Shown here in pieces: positions 27,623-35,977 of a stretch of DNA of 41,777 nt. The position numbers and the translations under genes were made by a program. Position 1 is the stretch's first letter. Each line of letters starts with the position of its first letter. The stretch comes from a bacterium (GTDB taxonomy: Bacteria; Krumholzibacteriota; Krumholzibacteriia; G020349025). The stretch lies in the NCBI GenBank assembly GCA_031362565.1, contig JANLSU010000052.1:1-41777 (forward strand), read 5' to 3'. The notes under the pieces were generated by a model. That model saw only the letters and a list, made by a program, of their open reading frames with translations. It ran no database searches and was not told the origin of the DNA.

Positions 27623-29209
27623 ATGTCCCAGGGTTACTTCGCGCTCGTTTTACACGCCCACTTGCCGTTCGTGCGCCATCCCGAGTATCCCGACTTCCTC
27701 GAGGAAGACTGGTTCTACGAAGCCATTACCGAGACGTACATCCCGCTGTTGCATGTCTTCGAGGGTCTGCTGCGGGATGGAGTGCACTTCCGGGTCACGA
27801 TGTCGATGTCGCCGACGTTGCTCGGCATGCTCGCGGATCCGCTCCTGCAGGAGCGTTACGTGCTGCACATGCAGCGCCTCGTCGAGTTGGCGGAAAAGGA
27901 AGTGCATCGCACCCGCAACGAGCCGGAGTTCCAGTCGCTCGCGACCATGTACTTGGATCACTTCCGCGATTGCCTGCAGACGTTCGAAGGCCGCTGGGGC
28001 CGCAATCTCGTGCGCGCCTTCCGAGTGCTGCAGGAGACGGGCGCCCTCGAAATCATGACCTGCGGCGCGACGCACGGTTTTCTGCCGCTCATGGAAACGC
28101 GGCCGGAAGCGGTGCGGGCGCAGATCCTGGTGGCGGCGGACGACTACGAGCGGCATTTCGGCCGGCGGCCGCGCGGCATTTGGCTGCCGGAGTGCGGCTA
28201 CTACGCCGGCAGCGAGTCGCTTCTCAAGGAAGCTGGGATTCGCTTCTTCGTGGTCGATGCGCACGGCGTGCTGTTCGCGACGCCGCGGCCCAAGTATGCC
28301 ATCTTCGCACCCGTTCTCTGCCCGAATGGTGTGGCGGCTTTTGGGCGTGACATCGAATCCTCGAAGCAGGTTTGGAGCGCCCAAGAGGGCTACCCGGGCG
28401 ACTACAACTATCGCGAATTCTACCGCGACGTCGGCTTCGACCTGGATCTCGACTACATCCGGCCCTACATCCACCCGGGCGACATTCGCATCAACACCGG
28501 GATGAAGTACTTCGCGATCACCGGGCCGACGCCGCACAAGCGGCCGTACCGCCGCGATCTGGCGCTCGACACCGCGGCGCAGCACGCCGGAAATTTCTTG
28601 TTCAATCGCGAGCGGCAAGTGGAACACCTGGCGGGCGTCATGGGGCAGAAACCCATCGTGTTGGCGCCGTACGACGCCGAACTCTTCGGGCATTGGTGGT
28701 TCGAGGGGCCGCAGTTCATCGACTTTCTGTACCGCAAGATGCACTACGACCAGACGGTGCTCGAACCGATCACGCCGTTCGAGTACCTGGAGCGCCACCC
28801 GCGCAACCAGGTGGCGCGGCCGTCGCTGTCGAGCTGGGGCTACAAGGGGTACGCCGAGTACTGGCTCGAGGCGTCGAACGATTGGCTCTACCGTCATCTC
28901 GATCATGCCGCCGGAACGATGATCGATCTGGCGACCCAGCATCGCGGTTCCAACGGCATCGTCGAACGCACGTTGAACCAGGCAGCGCGCGAATTGCTGC
29001 TGGCGCAGGCGAGCGATTGGGCGTTCATCATGAAGACCGGCACGACGGTCCCGTACGCCGTGCGCCGCACCAAGGAACACTTGCAGCGGTTCGGAGATCT
29101 GGCGCGGATGGTGCAAGAAGGACGGGTCGACGAGGCGGCGCTCGCCGACGTGGAATCGCGCGACAACTTACTGCCGAAGGTGGATTTCCGCGTCTATTCG
29201 CGGCGTTGA
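27623..29209 (+). CDS. GH57 1,4-alpha-glucan branching enzyme (DUF1957 domain)
   Basis: LVLHAHLPFVRHPE, EAITETYIPL, ATHGFLPL, WLPECGY (nucleophile), YDAELFGHWWFEGP (acid/base), LLAQASDWAFI. Confidence 0.93.
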   Translation: MSQGYFALVLHAHLPFVRHPEYPDFLEEDWFYEAITETYIPLLHVFEGLLRDGVHFRVTMSMSPTLLGMLADPLLQERYVLHMQRLVELAEKEVHRTRNEPEFQSLATMYLDHFRDCLQTFEGRWGRNLVRAFRVLQETGALEIMTCGATHGFLPLMETRPEAVRAQILVAADDYERHFGRRPRGIWLPECGYYAGSESLLKEAGIRFFVVDAHGVLFATPRPKYAIFAPVLCPNGVAAFGRDIESSKQVWSAQEGYPGDYNYREFYRDVGFDLDLDYIRPYIHPGDIRINTGMKYFAITGPTPHKRPYRRDLALDTAAQHAGNFLFNRERQVEHLAGVMGQKPIVLAPYDAELFGHWWFEGPQFIDFLYRKMHYDQTVLEPITPFEYLERHPRNQVARPSLSSWGYKGYAEYWLEASNDWLYRHLDHAAGTMIDLATQHRGSNGIVERTLNQAARELLLAQASDWAFIMKTGTTVPYAVRRTKEHLQRFGDLARMVQEGRVDEAALADVESRDNLLPKVDFRVYSRR

Positions 29210-29228
29210 TTTGGGGGAGGGTGGGGCG

Positions 29229-31754
29229 GTGACTGTGCAGCCGGACTCGAGACTCGTCATACACGGGCACTTCTATCAGCCGCCGCGCGAAAACCCGTGG
29301 ACCGACGAGGTCCCGGTGGAAACGAGCGCCGGGCCGTACCACGACTGGAACGAGCGCATCGCGGCCGAGAGCTACCGGCCGAATACGGCGTCGCGGGTGC
29401 TCGATGGCTTCGGCCGCATCCAGTCCATCGTCAACAATTTCGAACATCTGTCGTTCAACGTCGGCCCGACCCTGTTCGCGTGGCTCGAGCGCCATCATCC
29501 CGAAGTGTACTTGCGCATCCTCATGGCGGATGCCGCCAGCGCGCGAGCTCGCAACGGGCATGGCAACGCGATTGCACAAGCCTACAACCACTTGATCCTG
29601 CCGCTCGCCACCGAGCGCGACCGCAAGACTCAGGTGTTGTGGGGGCTCCGCGAGTTCCAGCATCGCTTCAAGCGGCCGGCGGAAGGCCTTTGGCTGGCGG
29701 AGACGGCCATTCATGCCGGTACGGTCGAGACGCTCATCGATTGCGGCGTACGCTTCACGGTGCTGTCGCCGTACCAGGCGAAACGGGTCCGCGCCTTGCC
29801 GGACGGCGCGTGGCAGGACGCGGGCGAGGGACGCATCGACCCGAAAAAATCCTATCGCATTTTTTCGTCCCGCCCGGCCGCGGACGGCGAGCGCCGCTTT
29901 CTGGACGTGTTTTTCTACGACGGCCCGATTTCACGCGCCGTCAGTTTCGAGCATCTCCTCAAGAGCAGCGATGATTTCGTCGGGCGCTTGGCGACCGCGG
30001 TCGTGCCGGGAATGCGCGAACCGCAACTGATCTCGGTGGCGGTGGACGGTGAGACCTTCGGCCACCACGAACCGTTCGGGGACATGTGCGTCGCGGCGCT
30101 CATGACGCAGAAGGCGCGGGCGCGCGGCTTTCGGACCACCAACTACGCCGAATTTCTCGCCGCCATGCCACCGGCCTATGAGGTCGAACTGCAAGGCGGC
30201 GACGACGGCGAAGGCACCGCGTGGAGTTGTGCGCACGGCGTCGGGCGCTGGGCGCGCGATTGCGGCTGCTCGACGGGGGCGCAGGCAGGCTGGAATCAGG
30301 CCTGGCGTGCGCCGTTGCGGAGCGCGTTCGACGGCCTCCGCGATGCCGTGGCGGGGGTTTTCGAACAACGCGGCGGCGCCTTGTTTCACGACCCGTGGGC
30401 GGCGCGCGACGAGTACATCGATTTGGTGCTGCGGCCTGATGAAGCCGCGGTGGCTGAATCGTTCTTCGGGCGGCACTTGAAGTCGACACCCGATCACGCC
30501 CACCGCGTCGAGGCGCGCAAGCTGCTGGAAGCGCAGCGCAACGCCATGGCCATGTACACCAGCTGCGGCTGGTTCTTCGCCGACGTCACCGGGATCGAGA
30601 CAGTGCAATGTGTGCGCTACGCGGCGCGGTGCGCGCAGCTCATGCAGGGGTTCGCGTCCGAGGATCTCGAGGGCCGGCTCTTGGCGGCGCTCGAACAGGC
30701 CCGCAGTAACAACGGCCGGGACACGGGCGCCACGGTGTACCGCAATTGGGTGTTGCCCGAAGTGCGCACCGCGCGGCGCGTCGCCAACACGCACGCCATC
30801 TTCCGGCTCCTCGAGGTGCCGTCCGATGCCCGTCACATGTATGGATTCACGATGCGCGACGGAGACGACGCGCCGGTGGAAATCCTCGGGTACCGGGCAC
30901 GGCGCGGCCACCTGTGGTTGCGAGACCGCGCGACGTCGGAGGAAACCGAGGTGTCGTACCTCGCGCTGGAGTACTCGCCGCGCAACTTGCGGTGCTTCTT
31001 GCGCGTGATGGATGCCGATGGCCACGCGAATTTGAGCCGCGACCTCGAGGCGCTGCGGCCACCTCTGGAGCGCGCCGACCTGGAGCGCGCGCTGGGCGCC
31101 CTTTACGGCGGACCGCCGCTCGGGATCGGCGACCTGCTGCAGGAAGAGCGGCGGCGGATCGCGGAGCGGCTCGCTGCCGGGCGCGTTGCGAGCCTCCGCC
31201 AACAGTACCGGGGTATCTTCAAGGACAGCCTGCATCTGTTGGAGGACTTCGCCGACATGCAGCTCGAGCTGCCGCCGGAAATCCGCGTGCCGTGCGAGTT
31301 CACGCTGCAGACCGACCTCGAGGAACATGCCCACCGGTTGTCGCCGCCTTTTTCCGTCGATGCGCTGGCGGAAATCGAACGGTTGGTGGCGCTCGCGTGG
31401 CGGCTCGACTTGGAATTGGCGCTGGAGCCGGTCGTGGAACTCGAATCGGCGCATCTTCGCAACGAGATGCGGCAACTGCTCGAGGATCGGGATCCGCGGC
31501 ACTTCGAATCGGCAACCAATCTCCTGGCGGCCTGCGAGCGCCTAGGACTCGAACTCAGGCGCGCCGAAGCCGAAGAGTTGCTGTTCGAGTTCCTACAGCG
31601 CTATGTCACCGGCGGCGCCGCGCCACCGATCTCCGCGCCGTTCGTGGAAGCGGCGCTGGCGTTCGCCGAACGCCTCAACTTCGTCGTCGACACCTGGCGC
31701 AAACGCTCGCAGGCGCCGCTTCCCACCGCGTCTGAGTCCATCGACGTCGCTTGA
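29229..31754 (+). CDS. GH57 family glycoside hydrolase with a DUF3536 domain
   Basis: IHGHFYQPPRENPW, PYHDWNERI, SFNVGPTL, YNHLILPLA, WLAETA, DGETFGHH, WSCAHGVGRW, MYTSCGWFF. Confidence 0.9.
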   Translation: MTVQPDSRLVIHGHFYQPPRENPWTDEVPVETSAGPYHDWNERIAAESYRPNTASRVLDGFGRIQSIVNNFEHLSFNVGPTLFAWLERHHPEVYLRILMADAASARARNGHGNAIAQAYNHLILPLATERDRKTQVLWGLREFQHRFKRPAEGLWLAETAIHAGTVETLIDCGVRFTVLSPYQAKRVRALPDGAWQDAGEGRIDPKKSYRIFSSRPAADGERRFLDVFFYDGPISRAVSFEHLLKSSDDFVGRLATAVVPGMREPQLISVAVDGETFGHHEPFGDMCVAALMTQKARARGFRTTNYAEFLAAMPPAYEVELQGGDDGEGTAWSCAHGVGRWARDCGCSTGAQAGWNQAWRAPLRSAFDGLRDAVAGVFEQRGGALFHDPWAARDEYIDLVLRPDEAAVAESFFGRHLKSTPDHAHRVEARKLLEAQRNAMAMYTSCGWFFADVTGIETVQCVRYAARCAQLMQGFASEDLEGRLLAALEQARSNNGRDTGATVYRNWVLPEVRTARRVANTHAIFRLLEVPSDARHMYGFTMRDGDDAPVEILGYRARRGHLWLRDRATSEETEVSYLALEYSPRNLRCFLRVMDADGHANLSRDLEALRPPLERADLERALGALYGGPPLGIGDLLQEERRRIAERLAAGRVASLRQQYRGIFKDSLHLLEDFADMQLELPPEIRVPCEFTLQTDLEEHAHRLSPPFSVDALAEIERLVALAWRLDLELALEPVVELESAHLRNEMRQLLEDRDPRHFESATNLLAACERLGLELRRAEAEELLFEFLQRYVTGGAAPPISAPFVEAALAFAERLNFVVDTWRKRSQAPLPTASESIDVA

Positions 31755-31765
31755 CGCCGGCAGCA

Positions 31766-32893
31766 TCAACCGTCCGAGAATGTGGGTTCGGCATTGGCGC
31801 GGCGGTTCTGCACGTAGATGCGGTAGCACGCCAGGAAAAGCGCCAATGCTGCCGGGCCGAGGAGCAAGCCCAAGAAGCCGAACGCCTGCAGTCCACCCAG
31901 AATCGCCAAGAACATCCACAGGAGCGGCAAGCGGGCGTCTCGGCCGATGAGGTACGGACGCAGAAAGTTGTCGACGAGGCTGACAACGAGAACGCCCCAA
32001 ATGGCGAGCCCAATCGCGGCGCCGGTGCGGTCGGCAAGATACAAGCCGATGGCGGTGGGCAACCACACGGCGACCGGGCCCACGAACGGCAACAGCGCCC
32101 CGAGCAATGTCAAGAAGCCGAGCAGAAGCGGTACCGGCGCACCCGCGACGACGTAGCCGAGCGTTGCAAGTGCGGCTTGCGCGGCAGCCGTGAGGAGAAC
32201 ACCGCGGAACACCGCGCCCACCGTGCGCCCGACGGTATCCAAGAGCGCGCTCGCCGCCACCGGTTCGAGCGGCAAACCGTCGCGCAGGCGCTGCACCCAT
32301 CCCGGCCCTTGGCGCAAGAAGAAGAAAAAGGTCACGATCGTGATCATGACGCGGACGAGCACCCCCGGCGCCCCGACCGTAAAATGGCGCGCGCTCACCA
32401 GCACGAAGGTCCCGAAGGCGTCGACGCCGGTCTTGATGCGTTCTTCCAGCACTGCCGCGTCGGCGCCGTTGGGAAGCTCGAGGACGAAATGCAACGGGGC
32501 GCGAAACGGCGACTCCTCGAGCGCGGTCGCCAGGCGCAAGAACGGCGCGGTTCCCAACTGCCCGGTGAGGCGGGGCCACAAGTCCTGCGCTTCCAGAACC
32601 ACCTGGCTCACCGCGAAGATTGCCGGCAGCACCAGGACTGCAATCCAGAACGCGGTCGAAATCGCCGCCGCGAGGGTGGCGCGGCCCCGCACGAGGTCGA
32701 GCACGCGCCGGTGCGCCGGATAGACGAGGGTGGCGAGGGCGGCGGCCCACAGCAGGGGCCGCACGAGCGGCCGGTAGATGAGCACGAGGAGCACGATGAC
32801 GAGTCCCGCGACGAGACCGAAACCAACGTTGATCGGATTGCGCCAACCGGCAGCCTCGGGCGGGGAGTGCTGCGGCGATTCCGGACGGGTCAT
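31766..32893 (-). CDS. AI-2E (PerM) family transporter
   Basis: FFFFLRQG, LLPFVG, DNFLRPYLIG, GGLQAFGFLGLLLGP; ATG overlaps the upstream gene's stop. Confidence 0.9.
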   Translation of the reverse strand: MTRPESPQHSPPEAAGWRNPINVGFGLVAGLVIVLLVLIYRPLVRPLLWAAALATLVYPAHRRVLDLVRGRATLAAAISTAFWIAVLVLPAIFAVSQVVLEAQDLWPRLTGQLGTAPFLRLATALEESPFRAPLHFVLELPNGADAAVLEERIKTGVDAFGTFVLVSARHFTVGAPGVLVRVMITIVTFFFFLRQGPGWVQRLRDGLPLEPVAASALLDTVGRTVGAVFRGVLLTAAAQAALATLGYVVAGAPVPLLLGFLTLLGALLPFVGPVAVWLPTAIGLYLADRTGAAIGLAIWGVLVVSLVDNFLRPYLIGRDARLPLLWMFLAILGGLQAFGFLGLLLGPAALALFLACYRIYVQNRRANAEPTFSDG

Positions 32894-35127
32894 GGCCGGG
32901 CTCCATTCACCCAGTGCACGCGGCGTGGGTCGGTGACTCCCTCGAGCACAAGGCGCAGCGCGTGGTAGGCATGCATGTCGATGCGCACGCCCTCGGCGCT
33001 CGCCGCCTGCGTGCCGCGGACTCCGAGCGGCACATGGGTGCGTGGATCCATATCGATCTCGACGCCGTTCGATTTGAACAACGCGGTGTCGCGGGACGGG
33101 GAAACCTGCAATAGACATTCCGTGGCCGGCGCGAAACGGCCCCAGATGCTGGTGTTGGCTCCGAGCCGCACGTGAAAACCCGGCGCGCTGTCGCGTTGCC
33201 AAGATTCGAGCGTCGTGAAGAAGCGCGGCTTTTCGACGAACGGCCCGCCGTCTTCGGGGCATGCGGCGCCGCAGTGGCCACAGTCGTTGCACAGGTCCGC
33301 GACATGCGCCAGTTGATGCGACCGCGCGACCACAAAACGGCCGCGTCCGGCGGCGACAAGCGCACCGCCACGCAGCTCGTAGTTGTCGTACTCGAGATCC
33401 GCCGGCAAAACGTCATAGGCAAAATTGGCGCCGTTGGGACAGGCCGGCACGCAAAGATCACAGCTCACACAGTCCCATAGGCCGAGCCGCGAACCGAGCT
33501 TTGCGGTGCGATGAAACCCCGCCGTCGGTGCCGCCGCGGCCATGGCGCGGGCGCGCGCTGCGATCGCCGGCACGTTGCGGGCGCCGGCGAGCTGCACCAT
33601 GCGCTGATAGAGCGCGTCAACGTCGGCTTGCTCGCGCTCCGGTTTCAGGATCGAACGCAGTGGTTCGGCGCGCGTATGCCAAACCGCGCCGAGCGCCGCG
33701 CGGACGTGTTGGAACGGCGAGCCGCGCACGGCTTCCGCGGCGCGGCGCTCGAGGGTCGACGCAAAGCGATCGGTTTCGGCGGCGAGCAGCGACCGTCGTG
33801 CGGGGTCGGCGGTCTCGAACGCGTGCTGCATCGCCGCTACCAGCTCCGCCACCGCATCACGGGCCGCGGCTTCACCCTCGCCCTCGGCGCGCAACACGAA
33901 ATCGCCCAAGGTTCGCACGCCGCTGCGTTCGAGTTCGGATTCCAACGCTGCCAGCTGGCGGCCGAGGCGCGCGTAACCGCCGGGGCCCAGAAGATCGGTG
34001 CACGACGTGACCGGGAACGCGTGACACGCGACCGCCCGGGCCACGTTCCCGGCGTCGATGCCGCCGCCGAGCGACACCGGTAGCTCCGGACCGACGATGG
34101 CGCGCAGTGCCGCGAAGGCCTCGAGTGCGAGGGTTTGCAACGGCGGCCCGGAGAGCCAAGCGGAATCGGTCGCGAAGCGCCGCTCGCCGTCATGCACCCG
34201 CAACGAGCCGAGCAGTTTGACGCCGAACGAAATGCCGCGCGCCCGCGCCTGGCTCTGCAACTGCTGCAAGAGCGGTGCGAGTTCGGTGAGCGAGGGTTCG
34301 CGATCGAATGCCTCGCGCACCGGCAACGGCGCCTTGTCGCCAAGCGTGGCGCGCAGGTGTTCGGTGCAGGCGTCGTATCCCAACACGGTCGGACGCAACT
34401 TGAGAGTCAAATCGAGCCGCAGTTCGCGCAGCACGAAATCGGCGAGCGCCTCGATCTCCGGGAGCGAGGCGCCTTCCGCTGGAACCAGGGTGGTGGCCTG
34501 CACCACCTCGCGTCGGAACTCGACGCCGCGCAGCGCCGCGAAGTCCTTCGGAATGCGCACCCGCAGTTCATCGATGACCGGCCGCGCGTCCTGGCAGGCG
34601 CGCACGAAGCCGACCAGCCGGCTGCTCTGCAAGCTTCGCAGGTCGCCGCCCAGTGACAAATCGAAGCGCGGTTCGGCACCGGTGGAGATGTCGTCGCTTT
34701 GCGCCGTGTCGAGAATGCGGCTCATGCGCAACATATCGATCAGCATGGACGCACCGACAAATTCACGCAGGCTCTGTTCAAGTGCGAGTTCGTGCGCCAT
34801 GTCGGCGTGCAAACAGAAGGCGCCGGCGTCGACGGAGGGCCGGGGGACGCGGGCGCGATCGGGGACCTGGACGGTTTTCAGTTCGAACACCCTGGCGCCG
34901 GCCAGCCATGCGGTCACCAGATTGGGCGCCAGTTGAGTGTGGGGTCCGGAAGCAGGCCCGAGCGGGTTGGCGACCCGTTGGCCGCGCACGTCGGCGGACA
35001 AATCGACTCCGGTGCGTGGCCGGTAGAACTGGGCGGCGGGAAGTTCGAAGATCGCGCGCCGGCGTTGCCATTCGTGAAACGCCCGCGCCACGACCAAGCC
35101 AAACTCGATCGGAACGAATTCACTCAC
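32890..35127 (-). CDS. YgfK-like protein: dihydroorotate-dehydrogenase-like barrel plus C-terminal 4Fe-4S dicluster
   Basis: PLGPASGPHTQLA, ELKTVQ, FGVKL, DLLGPGGYARL; CVSCDLCVPACPNGAN and CNDCGHCGAACP. Confidence 0.8.
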   Translation of the reverse strand: MSEFVPIEFGLVVARAFHEWQRRRAIFELPAAQFYRPRTGVDLSADVRGQRVANPLGPASGPHTQLAPNLVTAWLAGARVFELKTVQVPDRARVPRPSVDAGAFCLHADMAHELALEQSLREFVGASMLIDMLRMSRILDTAQSDDISTGAEPRFDLSLGGDLRSLQSSRLVGFVRACQDARPVIDELRVRIPKDFAALRGVEFRREVVQATTLVPAEGASLPEIEALADFVLRELRLDLTLKLRPTVLGYDACTEHLRATLGDKAPLPVREAFDREPSLTELAPLLQQLQSQARARGISFGVKLLGSLRVHDGERRFATDSAWLSGPPLQTLALEAFAALRAIVGPELPVSLGGGIDAGNVARAVACHAFPVTSCTDLLGPGGYARLGRQLAALESELERSGVRTLGDFVLRAEGEGEAAARDAVAELVAAMQHAFETADPARRSLLAAETDRFASTLERRAAEAVRGSPFQHVRAALGAVWHTRAEPLRSILKPEREQADVDALYQRMVQLAGARNVPAIAARARAMAAAAPTAGFHRTAKLGSRLGLWDCVSCDLCVPACPNGANFAYDVLPADLEYDNYELRGGALVAAGRGRFVVARSHQLAHVADLCNDCGHCGAACPEDGGPFVEKPRFFTTLESWQRDSAPGFHVRLGANTSIWGRFAPATECLLQVSPSRDTALFKSNGVEIDMDPRTHVPLGVRGTQAASAEGVRIDMHAYHALRLVLEGVTDPRRVHWVNGARP

Positions 35128-35254
35128 GCTTCATGCCCTCCGCCCCCGCCGCGCCCGCTTGCGCCGCAACTCTCGGATGACGTAACGTCCCAGGTAGGCC
35201 TATCTTGCGATCTCAAGCCCAGTTTCGCAAGGTGGCGCGCATCGGACCCACGGT

Positions 35255-35977
35255 TTGACACGGCCCTTGGCCGAGGTCGAGAACGTGCGATTCAGCAGGA
35301 AGAGACCGGCGCGGACCGCGGACCTCGAATCGCGCCCGACCGCCTTGCGAAAGCTCATGGTCGATCGCGACATTGCAGCCCGCGGTGTACGCGACAGGCG
35401 GGTTCTCGCCGCCATGGAACGCCTGCCGCGGCATTGCTTCGTGCCGGCCGTCGAGCATCAAGTTGCGTACGCCGACAACCCCGTACCCATCGGATTCGGG
35501 CAGACGATTTCGCAACCGTACATCGTCGCACTCATGAGCAGCGCATTGGGATTGGACGGCACGGAAAAAGTGCTCGAAATCGGTTCGGGGTCCGGCTATC
35601 AAACGGCGGTGCTCGCAGTGCTGGCGCAGTCGGTCTACAGTGTCGAACTCGTCCCGGAGCTCGCGGCGCGGGCCCGTTCGGTGCTCGCGGCGCTCGGCCT
35701 GCACGCCGAAATCCGCCTCGGCGATGGAGCCTTGGGTTGGCCCGAAGCCGCGCCCTTCGACGCCATCGTCCTCACCGCAGCGCCGGTGGCGATTCCAGCG
35801 GCACTCCTGGAGCAGCTCGCGCCCGGCGGACGGCTCGTCGCACCGATCGGCGGCGACGGCGCGCAGGAACTGGTGCGCGTCGTGCGCGGTGTGGACGGGG
35901 ATCGCCGTGAATCGCTCGGACGGGTGCGCTTCGTGCCCATGCGGGGCGGGGCTTTGACTTCGGAGGTCCGGCATTGA
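35255..35977 (+). CDS. pcm: Protein-L-isoaspartate O-methyltransferase
   Basis: PRHCFV, AYADNPVPIGFGQTISQPYIVA, VLEIGSGSGYQTAVL, GWPEAAPFDAI, QLAPGGRLVAP, VRFVPM. Confidence 0.95.
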   Translation: MTRPLAEVENVRFSRKRPARTADLESRPTALRKLMVDRDIAARGVRDRRVLAAMERLPRHCFVPAVEHQVAYADNPVPIGFGQTISQPYIVALMSSALGLDGTEKVLEIGSGSGYQTAVLAVLAQSVYSVELVPELAARARSVLAALGLHAEIRLGDGALGWPEAAPFDAIVLTAAPVAIPAALLEQLAPGGRLVAPIGGDGAQELVRVVRGVDGDRRESLGRVRFVPMRGGALTSEVRH

